A stretch of 63,716 nucleotides of DNA, filler included, from Octopus bimaculoides (Eukaryota), in NCBI RefSeq assembly GCF_001194135.2. It is 4 parts of 4 records of this genome, joined end to end, with 100 filler letters (N's around TTAATTAATTAA, not from the genome) between each part and the next. Parts side by side here need not be neighbours in the genome. Positions count along the whole stretch, not along the records: positions 19,397 to 38,990 come from NC_068981.1; 3 more parts are not named here. One strand, 5' to 3'. Position 1 is the first letter of the stretch, and each line of letters starts with the position of its first letter. This document shows positions 21,755-34,722 of this stretch, one piece after another. The notes under the pieces were generated by a model. It saw nothing but the letters and a program-made list of their open reading frames with translations, had not been told where the DNA came from and made no database searches. A program made the position numbers and the translations under genes.

Positions 21755-22139
21755 GGAGGCGCAATGGCCCAGTGGTTAGGGCAGCGGACTCGCGGTCGTA
21801 GGATCGCGGTTTCGATTCCCAGACCGGGCGTTGTGAATGTTTATTGAGCGAAAACACCTAAATGCTCCACGAGGCTCCGGCAGGGGATGGTGGCGAACCT
21901 TGCTGTACTCTTTCACCACAACTTTCTCTCACTCTTTCTTCCTGCTTCTGTTGTGCCTGTAATTCAAAGGGTCAGCCTTGTCACACTGTGTCACGCTGAA
22001 TATCCCCGACAACTACGTTAAGAGTACACGTGTCTGTGGAGTGCTCAGCCACTTGCACGTTAATTTCACGAGCAGGCTGTTCCGTTGATCGGATCAACTG
22101 GAACCCTCGACGTCGTAAGCGGCGGAGTGCCAACAACAA
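21755..22139 (+). mobile_element. SINE family C, young, 12-bp TSD
   Basis: Perfect TSD ATTGTCAAAAGG at 21743-21754 and 22140-22151. CpGs intact. Confidence 0.95.
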
Positions 22140-22439
22140 ATTGTCAAAAGGACAGACCGATATGCAGTATGACATGGTACGGAAAAAAAAAATGAGATAT
22201 AACAGTGAGTTAAAGAGAATTTATGCGGTCGCTCTTTGACGACAGTTCCATCAAATCACATCAAACATTTTAAAACGGCAGAACACATTTGAAAGTGTAT
22301 CCTTAGATATAAAAAATTCGGATAGTCATGCGGTTTCACGATAATAAAAATTTATCTTGGGGTGAATAACAACATCTGCATAATAGCAGCATTTTCAATT
22401 AGTAAAATACTAGATGAAGAATTCAGTAATATGTAGTTT

Positions 22440-22600
22440 ATATAGGATTAGATTAATACTCTGAAACAGCTCAATATGAAGAAACTAATGAACTTAGTTG
22501 CAGATTACAAACACAGATTGTTCATAAAGTGGAAGTATTTGAAAGAAAAGTTAGAAGAATGTTAAATAAATTCAATAAATTATCTTGAAGAGTAGGATGT
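22440..22600 (+). pseudogene. Possible hAT (Charlie-like) transposase remnant
   Basis: NELSCRLQTQIVHKVEVFERKV resembles LNELNLxLQG...VxAFxxKL. Heavily decayed. Confidence 0.25.
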
Positions 22601-24226
22601 CTGATGTTTTTGGTTCTTATATTGCCAAAACAATTTTAAAAGTTAGAAGAAAACGGGATTATTTGACTGGTCAGAATTTCTACAAGCTTACTTTTTGATT
22701 TCATGTTGCAGAAGAAAACCATCATCGGTTTTGTTTCGCCCAGAATTTTATCATAGGAATAAATTAGCTTGCTTTAATGATAAGGATAGATCTGATATAT
22801 CAAGGAGAAAAACGCTGTACAATGCATTTCAATTAATTAATCCACACCGCCAGTTCTTGCAATTTCATTCAAATTAGAGATGTGTAAAATTGTTATGTTC
22901 GAGGGAGTGGGGGGAGAGAAAATGGGTTACACTATATCTACAAACAACTTAAACTGGGCTGCTAAATAGCCTCAGGTGGTAGATTTAATTCATGGCTCNN
23001 NNNNNNNNAATAGCCTCAGGTGGTAGATTTAATTCATGGCTCAGTTTCGGAGTCTACTTTTGAGCATAGGGTTTTCGATTTGAGGATAATCTCGTCCCGT
23101 TCTCCGACTAGTCTTAGAGACCTTGAAAGTTATCGTTAGTACTGCTTTGCCTCGTTTAACTAAGCCATGTAAAGAAATATAAAAAATGTGCCCCATATAG
23201 AACTAAAAATATTTTCAATTGCTGTTTACTAACATAAGTATAATGTTTACATCTCACACTATCAAGTAAGAACGTTTTTCTGAAGTTGTTCTCGAGTTAG
23301 ACTGTAAGTGACATACATTTTCACAAACATCGAGCAATTCTTCTTTGATTAAAACAAGAAAATGTAAAGTTGTTTTATCAGACAAACTCTGATATACATT
23401 GCCGGCGATCACCCCTAGAGAATACAGGTTGTCATTGTATATTCATGTGTAGATCCGTATGTTCACAAACAGATAAATAATTATATACAACATTGCTTCA
23501 CGTCAATGTTAGTAAGCCTTGAACCCCTCCCATCAGAGGCCCAATAGAGTTTGCATTAGAAAAAAAAGAAGCAAAATAAACAAGCACAATAAAATAAATA
23601 AAATAAAATAAAGATGAAGTCAAAAACATTTTATCGTCTGTTTATTTCCCCCGTATATGAATAGGTTCTTTATTAACTGTTTTATGACAAGTCTGGAGCA
23701 CTTGTTACATAGTTTGGATGTGAAACTGCGAATAAAAGGAACATTTGATTCAGTAATAAATATGTGATAAAACAGAGTGTGGGATTGTAATGGAGGAGAG
23801 AAGCGAAATAATATTAAGCAACTGTACCGTTTCTTAAGCTTACATCTCCTAATGACACATTAAACACGCGAATATCTTTTAAAAAATTAAGGTTACGTTG
23901 GATAATGTAGTTCTGTTTTTTTTAATCAAAAACAAATATCTTTCATTGATCGAAGGCCTTCTTGATCACGACTGACCTCAGGTGAAAATAAAAATGAAAA
24001 CAATAAACTCGTAATATATTGCGATTTGTTATTAAAATAGGCCGACACTTCTAAATAATCATCTTTGTTATAAATGAAGATTCTTCCAAAAAGTATTTAA
24101 AATTCTCATTCAATGTTTGTGCTGAAATTTCTCTCTCTCGCTCACTCTCTCTGTGTCTCTATCTGTTTGTCTGTCCCTCTTTCTGTCACTCTCTCTTTCT
24201 GTCTCTCTCTTTCTGTTTCTCTCTCA

Positions 24227-24298
<72 letters not shown>

Positions 24299-25159
24299 TT
24301 AGCGATCGATATACCTTTTTGTTTGAATCTCTCACGCTCTCTCTCTGTAATGCATGTTGTATATATATATATNNNNNNNNNNNNNNNNNNNNNNNNNNNN
24401 NNNNNNNNNNNNNNNNNNNNNNNNNNNNNNNNNNNNNNNNNNNNNNNNNNNNNNNNNNNNNNNNNNNNNNNNNNNNNNNNNNNNNNNNNNNNNNNNNNNN
24501 NNNNNNNNNNNNNNNNNNNNNNNNNNNNNNNNNNNNNNNNNNNNNNNNNNNNNNNNNNNNNNNNNNNNNNNNNNNNNNNNNNNNNNNNNNNNNNNNNNNN
24601 NNNNNNNNNNNNNNNNNNNNNNNNNNNNNNNNNNNNNNNNNNNNNNNNNNNNNNNNNNNNNNNNNNNNNNNNNNNNNNNNNNNNNNNNNNNNNNNNNNNN
24701 NNNNNNNNNNNNNNNNNNNNNNNNNNNNNNNNNNNNNNNNNNNNNNNNNNNNNNNNNNNNNNNNNNNNNNNNNNNNNNNNNNNNNNNNNNNNNNNNNNNN
24801 NNNNNNNNNNNNNNNNNNNNNNNNNNNNNNNNNNNCACATATATATATATGTATATACATACACATATACTTTTCCTTTATTCTTTTACTTGCTTCACTC
24901 ATTGGACTGCGGCTATACTGGGGCACTCACCCAGCGTGTTGCACCTAAAGCTACATGATTGCGAAGCGCTCTTCTTAACCACATAATCTATGCATATATA
25001 TACAGTAGTTATGTTTACAAGCAAAGATAAAGTGCTCAATACATAAATCAAGTATTTATATTTCTATATTTTGAAGCGTACGCATAATTTCCCATTTCCG
25101 ACTGCCGAAACGACGATAAAAAAAAGAAAAAAGATAGTAGTGCAAACATCTATATAACT

Positions 25160-25400
25160 GCGTCACACGATCAACCAGACTATCAGTTGTTGTTATACAC
25201 CGCTGGTCACAATGCTCTTTTTGTGATTGTTGTAACTTTCGAAGGATGCCATCCCTCTGGCTACGCGGGCAGGTCAGCATTCTACCTGAATGGAACGTCA
25301 GTCTGTCTCAGGGTTAGCAATTTACTCGTGAGTACAGTGAAGGAATGGGAAATGAACTGTTTTGCTCAAGAATACAAAGCGACGAAAAATGCATAAGCAA
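25160..25400 (-). mobile_element. SINE-like family E fragment (also 36950-37135 and 43600-43870)
   Basis: Shared ATCAGATGTTG..TACACA..GCTGGTCACAATG...TTTTAGCyTTCGAATG. The 43.8-kb copy has a tRNA-like GGTGGTTAGGGTGTTGCACT head on the minus strand. Confidence 0.65.
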
Positions 25401-25756
25401 GAGAAGTGTTTCTTGTTTACGAATCCTTAGTATTGCTGAATATACGGCTGCTTTTTGAAATATGGAATGATATTTTAGGGTATGCAGAAAATGCATAGAA
25501 TTTCCGAGCCAATTGTTAGAAATTCTTTGATAGATATCGATAGAAATGTCTGCTATTCTCTATTTTCATCGTCTAATCCAATCGTGGTCCTTCAGTTAAG
25601 AGTGGTTCTAGTTTATAGCTTGCTTTTCAATCAAATATATATATGATACTTTGTTGTATGCATGTAATGTATGTATGTATGTATGCAAGCATGTATGTAT
25701 ATGTATGTGTGCGCTCGTGTTTGTGTTTGTGTATGTGTGTGTGTCTTTGTGTCTAC

Positions 25757-25900
25757 CAAGTGACGGGGCGCAGAATAAAGTGTAGCACCCTTTCGTGATC
25801 GAAGAGTTTCTAAGATCGATGACGTTCATCTCGAACGTTTGCAACTCGATGTCGGTAGGAGCAGCGCACGCAGAAAAGTTAATTCCAGGGGGAAGCATTT
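25757..25900 (-). CDS. Candidate symmetric phase-1 exon (MLPPGINFSACAAPTDIELQTFEMNVIDLRNSSITKGCYTLFCAPSL)
   Basis: Acceptor TTCTTCCCCAATCATTCATCTCCAG, 144 nt open frame, weak donor TG|GTAGAC. Non-repeat sequence. Confidence 0.2.
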
Positions 25901-26280
25901 CTGGAGATGAATGATTGGGGAAGAACTGTCTAATGTAAGATTTGAATATATGTGTGACAGAGTAGAGTTTATAAGAGGTGGAAGAGAAGAAAATTCATAG
26001 AGTTGGTTTAGGTAGAGGCGATACACAACTTGTTAGAGGAACAGAAGCCATTGTCCTAACCGTGGAAGACTTTTAAAAAAATGAAAAGGCTTGTTTGCGA
26101 ATTTGCGTCATATATTAAAATCGGCGTATCCAGTTTAATGAAGCCCTAAAAATAGTGTCTGCGCATGCTATATCATGTTGGACAGTTTGAGAAGGTTAGC
26201 CAGTTACTGTTGAAGTCGCATCAAAGGCTGAAACTTCTACCGTTGATCTTTGTACACACACACACACACACACACACACG

Positions 26281-26331
<51 letters not shown>

Positions 26332-26432
26332 NNNNNNNNNNNNNNNNNNNNNNNNNNNNNNNNNNNNNNNNNNNNNNNNNNNNNNNNNNNNNNNNNNNNN
26401 NNNNNNNNNNNNNNNNNNNNNNNNNNNNNNNN

Positions 26433-26500
<68 letters not shown>

Positions 26501-27599
26501 TGTGTGCACGCGTGCGCTGAAAATGTCTTGTGCGTTTATGTTTCTATCTGCCTTTCTGTATTTATGTCTTTCTCGTCACGATAAACAGTTTTTCTCCCCA
26601 GCTCTAAAGCCAGACCGTATTTATCTCAAGAAAATATGCTCTTCTCATCGCACCCTCTTCTACACGCTAACACACGCATATACAGCTCAAACAACGACAT
26701 TCCTTAGACATCTTTAAACCTGGAAAAATCCCTTTAACTTTTTCGAGATCTCTAACCGATGATTAATTATTAATACGAAAAATGTAGGAACTTCTATGCT
26801 GTCTTCCGAACACGTAGTATTAGCAGTTAAAAATCACTCAAATCAGAGTCGATTGTTTTAAAAAAGGAAGGACAAATTGGAAATTATAATCCCTGATTAG
26901 ATAGTGGTCAGTGCTAGGACACCTCTGGACAGAGATCTTCTTGATTACGATTGACCTTGGGTTACGCAACAACAGAGATTATTAATTTTACGAAGCTAAA
27001 ATAGGTTCTTACTAGAGAACTGTACATAGAGACGGTGCATTCATTAGATGTGCGCACATTCTAGACGACATTCTGCGAGACAAACCATAGATACTGTTAA
27101 CTATTGGCCTGTCAAGCCAACTAAAAAGCCAGCCCGCAGTCCCTGGATTTGCTAAATATATCAAACAAATCCCACCAAATCACACAATATCGCCATTAAA
27201 AAGAAGCACACATCAGACAATGTAATCCAAGATAAACAAAAATATGGGATAGTCATAGTGGGATCAATAATAATCTGCTCAAATCAGAGTTAAACAATAA
27301 TTACTGATCTACTGCCAAATACTCTTTATGTGTTATATTTGTGGCTAATTTGATGATTGTATTCACGAGACTTATTACTGGTTGAAGATACGTCTCTACC
27401 GTATAGAAATGTAGCAATGTAAAGTTAGCTTGGTGTGAGTTCCGTCCCTTACCAAACAATACACATCAAAGAAAGCTAACGAAAGCTACATTAGCATTAT
27501 CGTACTGCTGATACTTATTTGAATTCTTCGTTGAATTGCTCCTACTATGAAGAGTTGCTTTACGGCCGTTTCATAGTCAAGTCGTAATTGTCGTTATGT

Positions 27600-27825
27600 G
27601 TTGTTGTTATATAACCCTTGGTCAACACCAGCCAAGCAGACCTGTGATCGGAGACATTTTACCCATGACCATTGACCATCTTTTTCTTTCTTTCTGATAT
27701 ACTGTGTATAGAACTATAATACCCAATACGTTCCTACCTTGTTTTAAAGATAATGGGGTGTGATTTGAAGGAGATTTCACTGTTATTTCTGTTAGGTTGA
27801 GCAGCCGCATAGAGGCTTACATATT
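27600..27825 (-). mobile_element. SINE-like family F (also 34612-34690 + and diverged at 27140-27270)
   Basis: Shared GCTAGAAATA.CAG..AAATCTC...AAATCACA.CC.A..GTCTT block and an (AAC)n tail. Confidence 0.6.
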
Positions 27826-28301
27826 GGCTCGATTCAACTATCTTGGCTTGGCAAACAGCCGAAATGTCAATTGCAAGATTTCATTGAATACTTGCCTTGG
27901 TATCTTATTGATTACGACTTACCTGATCTCACAATGATCATCTCACATAAACCAGATCGATATTCCTATTTCTTTACCCTCTTCAATTCTAATATGTAGT
28001 AGAAACTACACATTCATCAAAGTCTTGCAGCTTATTCTTATACTCTTAACAAATTATAAGCTTTAGCAACCGAAACTGAATATTTGCCGGATTATCTTTA
28101 CCAAGTTACTGATGTCCCTGAGTCTAATCGGAAAATGTTATTACAATATTGCACACATACATAAACATAAACTTAAACATAATGTACTGAACTCTAACTG
28201 AATGTAAGATGTATGATAAGTGCCACACATAGCTTTTCTGTTGCAGAATAAAAAGATAAAATTCCCCAATATAGTTTTATGTCGGTGGTATGTATAATCT
28301 T

Positions 28302-28694
28302 GGAGGCGCAATGGCCCAGTGGTTAGGGCAGCGGACTCGCGGTCATAGGATCGCGGTTTCGATTCTCAGACCGGGCGTTGTGAGTGTTTATTGAGCGAAA
28401 ACACCTAAAGATCCACGAGGCTCCGGCAGGGGATGGTGGTGAACCCTGCTGTACTCTTTCACCACAACTTTCTCTCACTCCTTCTTCCTGTTTCTGTTGT
28501 ACCTGTATTTCAAAGGGCCAGCCTTGTCATACTCTGTGTCACGCTGAATATCCCCGAGAACTACGTTAAGGGTACACGTGTCTATGGAGTGCTCAGCCAC
28601 TTGCACGTTAATTTCACGAGCAGGCTGTTCCGTTGATCGGACCAACTGGAACCCTCGACGTCGTAAGCGACGGGGTGCCAACAAAATAAAAATA
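28302..28694 (+). mobile_element. SINE family C, 12-bp TSD
   Basis: Perfect TSD ATGTATAATCTT at 28290-28301 and 28695-28706. Confidence 0.95.
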
Positions 28695-28799
28695 ATGTAT
28701 AATCTTATACAGGTTAATTTATATGAGATAAGCAAGGATAACAAATACGCGCTTTCGTTCAGTCGATCGACCACGCACGTCAGCAGGTTTGAAATTAAT

Positions 28800-29030
28800 A
28801 GTACAATTTTTAGCAGAGTAAGCAGTGTACGTTTTCGGTTGTTTGTGATACATCAGGTATTTGGATGTGCCGACAAGTCGAAATTAGTTCGTTCTTTATA
28901 TTTAAGATCTGCGTGGCGAATAATGCAGATCTTCCCTCTAATAAGTCAGAGAACACCTCGTTGTTCATCCGCATACAATGAAACCACCCACCAAGCATCG
29001 TCAAAGGTGTTTCATTAATCGTCAGCAAAC
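28800..29030 (-). pseudogene. PIF/Harbinger transposase remnant
   Basis: GWFHCMRMNNEVFSDLLE...FATQILNIK resembles the Harbinger F..Y.RM...F..LL..V.P.I...DT.MR motif. Confidence 0.45.
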
Positions 29031-29275
29031 GATAACTATATTATCCTCTGTCGAAATCGATTTTAATCGGACTGCAGTATACTATAACCATAACAGTACT
29101 GCTGTAGAACACTCTACAGCTCTGTTGGAGGTACTAAAACATAGTCTATACCAAGAAAGAATAAAATACTCACAAAAACTATCAACTATAATAATTTGCT
29201 TCTAATTTGATTCTCACATAGCTTGCCGTAGACTTCTCCATTTTTCATTTTTTAAAATTTTCTTTTCTTTGTCTA

Positions 29276-29314
29276 TCTTTCCGAAGAGAGTCTACCGCTC
29301 GAAACGTTAAAGAC
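29276..29314 (+). ncRNA. Minimal type I hammerhead-like motif
   Basis: TCTTT-CCGAAGA-GAG(tctaccg)CTC-GAAA-CGT-T-AAAGA: 5-bp stem I, 3-bp stem II, palindromic ACGT stem III, U4>C variant. Confidence 0.5.
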
Positions 29315-29569
29315 TCCTCTACGTATTTTCCTTTTCTTGAAAGTGAAACTTGTAACAACACTTTTTATCAGCTTGTCTTTCATGTTATCTTTTTCCTTAA
29401 TTTTGCACCCACACGCACGTACACACACGTACATGCATATTCACACGCGAGCACACACACACACGCGCACACACACACATGCGCACACACACAGACAGAC
29501 ACACACACACACACACACACAAAAAACACAGGCACAAACGCAATTCTTTTACTCTTCTATTGAGTTCAG

Positions 29570-29740
29570 TGATGTGTAAATGGCAGTCATGCTAGGACAC
29601 TGCCTTCAAGAGTTGCAGTCGAATTTATCGAACCCAATACTTTGTCTGATATTCATTTTAGCATTCCTATTTAGTGGACAGCTATGTCCACCAACGGGAC
29701 TGAACCCAGAGGAATAATTACTTAGAAAGCATTTTTCTCT
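29570..29740 (-). mobile_element. SINE family A, decayed and deleted
   Basis: GTCATGCTAGGACACTGCC..GTCGAATTTATCGAACCC..GGGACTGAACCCAG. Confidence 0.6.
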
Positions 29741-29995
29741 AACGTCACAGTAATTTCTCATTCATTCTTTCGCTCTCCCATACATGCACACATTTCTTCT
29801 CTTGTTCAACTTTTTTAGTTTGTTATGCTATTTGGCTTGTGCTTGATGACTTTGTTTTGAGATATTTCTTAAAATATGAAACTATTAGTAACAATTATAG
29901 ACATGTATTATGTCCTTTAAATAAGTTATATTTATCTCTCACCAGATGGAGTACTTTCTTTTGTTGAATTTCTTATCAAGACACAATACGTTATA

Positions 29996-30216
29996 CATTA
30001 ATCCCTCACCAAATCGCGGTTCACCTATCGCGATTTATTATTCAAGCTTACATCGATTCCTCTGTGGTGTTGTTTTGCATTTATAATAAAATAAATATGT
30101 ACAAATTATAAAAATAATAAAAGAAAGATACAGTACAGTATTGTTTCTACTTCGCGGATTTTCACCAATCGCGGGTGTTTTGGAACGTAATACCCACAAT
30201 AGTCGGGGGATTACTG
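29996..30216. mobile_element. Tigger/pogo-like MITE, followed by an inverted copy of its right end (30227-30258)
   Basis: TA-CATTAATCCCTCACC..ATCGCGG left end and ATAGTCGGGGGATTACTG right end. CAGTAACCCCTCGACTATC restarts at 30227. Confidence 0.7.
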
Positions 30217-30612
30217 TGTATATACACAGTAACCCCTCGACTATCACGGGTATTATATNNNNNNNNNNNNNNNNNNNNNNNNNNNNNNNNNNNNNNNNNN
30301 NNNNNNNNNNNNNNNNNNNNNNNNNNNNNNNNNNNNNNNNNNNNNNNNNNNNNNNNNNNNNNNNNNNNNNNNNNNNNNNNNNNNNNNNNNNNNNNNNNNN
30401 NNNNNNNNNNNNNNNNNNNNNNNNNNNNNNNNNNNNNNNNNNNNNNNNNNNNNNNNNNNNNNNNNNNNNNNNNNNNNNNNNNNNNNNNNNNNNNNNNNNN
30501 NNNNNNNNNNNNNNNNNNNNNNNNNNNNNNNNNNNNNNNNNNNNNNNNNNNNNNNNNNNNNNNNNNNNNNNNNNNNNNNNNNNNNNNNNNNNNNNNNNNN
30601 NNTATATATATA

Positions 30613-31000
30613 TAGGAGTGGCTGTGTGGTAAGTAGCTTGCTTACGAACCATATGGTTCCGGGTTCAGTCCCACTGCGTGGCACCTTGGGCAAGTGTCTT
30701 CTACTATAGCCACGGGCCAACTAAAGCCTTGTGAGTGGATTTGGTAGACGGAAACTGAAAGAAGCCCGTGGTATATATGTGTGTGTGTGTATGCTTGTGT
30801 GTCTGTGTTTGTCCCTCAACATCGCTTGACAAACGATGCTGGTGTGTTTACGTCCCCGTAACTTAGCGGTTCGACAAAAAGAGACCGATAGAATAAGTAC
30901 TAGGCTTACAAAGAATAAGTCCTGGGGTCGATTTGCTCGACTAAAGGCGGTGCCCCAGCATGGCCGCAGTCAAATGACTGAAACAAGTAAAAGAGAGAGA
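30613..31000 (+). mobile_element. SINE family A
   Basis: Near full length, CpGs largely intact. Confidence 0.92.
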
Positions 31001-31010
31001 GTATACGAAT

Positions 31011-31306
31011 GCACATGGCTTAGTGATTAGGGTGTTGCACTCATGAATGCGAGATCGTGGTTCCGATTCCGAGAATGGGTTTTGCGTTGTGTTCTTGAGC
31101 AAAGAACTACGTTTTGTGTTGCTCGCCGACCATTTCAAAATCTGACATGTGGCACGTTGAATCACCTGTACAGGTAATGTCGATTTGATGGAGGGAGTGA
31201 GATTATCTGCGACACAAATATTTGTTCACTATAAACAAATCATCTTTGTGCTTGTTCAGTAAGAAATTGTAGACCCTTCATACATCGTATAACGACGGGA
31301 GAGTTC
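31011..31306 (+). mobile_element. SINE family D (also 62896-63165)
   Basis: GGCTTAGTGATTAGGGTGTTGCACTC head, TTCCGATTCC B-box-like motif, CACTATAAACAAATCAT..GGAGAG tail. Confidence 0.8.
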
Positions 31307-32135
31307 ATAATATATATAAATATATAATATATTATATTATTATAATATATAATATTATATAATAATATGACAGATAGGTATATATAGGTAAAATATAAAG
31401 GAATTAAATAAGCGCTAGACCGAAATAAATACAGAGGTTGTTGTAATTAGAAACCCGTGAAGCTAATACCGCAGCAGAGTCGCAGTCTACTGAAACCAGT
31501 AAACCAATAATGGAATAAATGAAAATGTATGGAATATGGAGTTGTGGATGAGTAAAAGGTTGTATACACGTGCGTGTGTGTCCTGTTTTAGAATGTTTCT
31601 TGTTTAATGCATGCACCAAAAGCTGCTCTGCAGGCAGGTTATTATTTTTTGGTTTTGTTTTTTATATATATTTTTGTTGAAGCTTCGAAGTATCTGGAGT
31701 GGACACTTCTACAGAGAGAATTGCTTGTTGAGTGGTTGTTCCAAAACAGTTGCAGGCTAATTCTCAGTTTGTTTTTCTCTTTCTCTTTCTTTCTTTCTTT
31801 CTTTCTTTCTTACCTCCTACCTCTGTGTTTTTTTTTCTCGTTCTCCATCTCTCTCTTTCTAGCATTTTTCTCGCTTCCTCTACTCTCTATGCATGTAATA
31901 TTAAATGTTTGATTTCAGAAGAAGCAACAAATAATATCAAAATGATAATAAAGCAGACAGGAAGATAGAATACGATATTCAAGCAGGTGGATCTAGAAAT
32001 AGGTGTGAAAGAATGAAGTTGGACGACATTCAACGATAATTGCTGGTGTAAAGTGATAAGACAAATAATAAATTCTTTCGAATTTGAAACTCTTTAACTC
32101 TTTAAAAAAATCATTCGTTTTTTTTTCATAAGAAA

Positions 32136-33800
32136 GAATCTTTTCTACTCTAGGCACGAGGACCGAAATTTTTTGGGAGGGGGCCAGTCGATTAGATCGA
32201 CTTCAGTATGCAACTGGTACTTAATTTATCCACCTCGAAAGGATAAAAGGCTAAGTCGACCTTGGCGGAATTCGAACTCAGAACGTAAAGACAGACGAAA
32301 TACTGCTAAGTATTTCGCCCGGCGTGCTAACGTTTCTGCCAGCTCGCCGCCTTTCATAAGAAAAAATCTGTGAATGTCGATTGCTTCAGAACAAATAACG
32401 AAATACTGATCTCAAAGTTTGGTACAAGGCCAGCAACTTAAGAGAGTGGGGTAAGTCGATTACATTGACCCCAGTGCTCAACTGGTACTTATTTTATCGA
32501 CTCCTAAAGGATGAAAGCAAAGTCGACCACGGCGGAATTTGAACTCAGAACGTAAAAACTGATGAAATGCATAAGAAAATAATAAAAATAGATCCAGTGT
32601 AATCCTAATGAATGTAATTCACTATATTCAAGATGGCCGTCTGCATCATCGTAGAGTAATTCAAGGAAAAAGTTTGAGAAAACAAAAATCAGCGAAGAGT
32701 GTACAATATATAGTTTTTAGCTTCAAGTTGCAGAACACTGTAGAATTAAGAGCACACAGATGTACCAAAGCCTTTTGGGTGAAATTTCGTAGACAGAAAC
32801 TGTAGAATTTCGTCGGAAGAACCATTCTTGTTCTCAAGCGGTAAACTGAATCTGATACGTAATTTTCCACCACTATCACCACGACTACCACCACCACCAC
32901 CGCTTTGCTTGTTATAACATAGTGGTTTCAAATTTTGTTACAAGACTAGCAATTTTAGGGAGTGGGGCTTATGTCGATTGCATCGATCCCAGTTATATCT
33001 CGGAATTTGAGTTCAGCACCTAAATAGACGGAAAAAATGTTATTAAGCATTTTGTTCGTTTTGTCTGACGCGCTAACAATTCTGCTAACGTGCCACATTT
33101 ACATGGTTTAGTATAGTGTCAGAAAGGAAGAAGTGAACTTCATAGCATTCAATTGTTTTCATTTATCTGAGGAACTTTTTCCAGTATAAGAAGTAAATAA
33201 GGGTTCCTCTCGTTAGCTGACGATTACAAATGTGTGAGGGAGACGTATTATTAACTGAATCGCGTATAGTGCACGCCTAGTGTATTTCATAGACACGAGA
33301 GGGATGAAAAGTAATGTAGACCGCGGAGTGATTTGACCTCAGAACATAAATAGAAAAGGGATGTATAAGCCTTAAAACAATTAGTTCGACACGCCACTAT
33401 ATCTACTCTAGATTAAGGATTTAGTAATTCTATTCAGTTTTGGCGCAAAGCCAACAATTTTCTGAGGAAGGTACTAGTCAATTACTTCGATCTCAGTACT
33501 TGACTGGTAATTTATTTTATTGACTCCGAAAGGAGAAAAGGCGAAATTAACTCGGGCGGAATTTGAACTCAGAATGTAAAGAGTCGGAAGAAATGCTTTG
33601 TAGCTCTTTGTTCGAGGCGCTAACGATTCTGCCAGCTTCTCTCGCATAAGCACAAAGCAACATATATTTTTAGGGAGGCATATAGTCGATGTTTATGGAC
33701 TTCAGTATTTGAGTAGTACTTTATTTTATAGACACCGGAAGGATAAAAGGAAACAAAAAATGCCCACGAAAATTGTTGAACTCAACATAAAAAGAATGAA
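32136..33800 (-). mobile_element. Cluster of about six family B SINEs, all on the minus strand
   Basis: The first copy 32136-32351 has TSD TTTCATAAGAAA (32124-32135, 32352-32363). Further copies at about 32410, 32925, 33290, 33430 and 33650. Confidence 0.85.
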
Positions 33801-34691
33801 AGTAACTCACCCTGCACTGTAACACTTCTATCACACCCGCACTATTGATAAAGAATAACATGTATTCTTTTAATTTATTTCTAATATTTTTATCCTATTT
33901 TTATATTCCCTGCCTCGGTTTTAGAATATCAGGTGGGGTGATTTTACCATTCAGTGTACTGCAGCAATATAAAAATGTTAATATAATTGCATATACGCCT
34001 CCCATTCAACAATTGGCCTTGTGCCTAAGTAAGAAATCATTATTACATTCTGTGCAATTTTCTAAATTTCTCCAGTATTGATTTATAAGAAATAACGTCA
34101 ACTAATAACCCATTCGTCTGGTTGACAATATTCACCTTTTGTAACAAACGTCAATTATTGGTATATTGCCAAATTCATTCCTTCGCCATGCACGCTCCCT
34201 CCTTCTAATATTGTAGTGTAGGTTTTCGTTTACAAAATTTGGGCCTTCGTTCTATATTTGTTCAAAGCTTCAGGCTATACTAATTAGCCTTCTGTTTTGT
34301 CATTTTCATGAATATGCATTCTTTCTTGAAAATATGTTCAGCAATAAAAGTAAAGTCACTCAAGATGATAATCCGTTGTTAGAGATACAGCACGTAGTCT
34401 GGTTTCACATTCAAAAGGGATGCACCAAAATATTTCTTTTCTTTGAAGAAAAAAACATTGTCCGAAACAAGAGAAACTTACCTATAATGGTATACACACT
34501 TGTCATTTTATTTTGATACCAATAAAGAGAGTTTTTTGCAGATACAAACTACTGCCATTCTCTTTCAGTGCTGTTTCTGTTTGTATCTGTAAACAATAGA
34601 CGAGTCGACAAGGGTGCTTTTACCTAATCGCTTGAACTGCTAGAAATACCAGCAAAATCTCTCCCATATCACAATCTACCGTCTTAATACA

Positions 34692-34721
<30 letters not shown>

Positions 34722-34722
<1 letters not shown>

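Noticed and set aside
22965-23042. 34-bp direct repeat around a 10-N gap
   Set aside because: Identical copies abut the gap, an unmerged contig overlap.
34483-34586. Minus-strand exon-like segment with a perfect GTAAGT donor
   Set aside because: Stops in all three frames.
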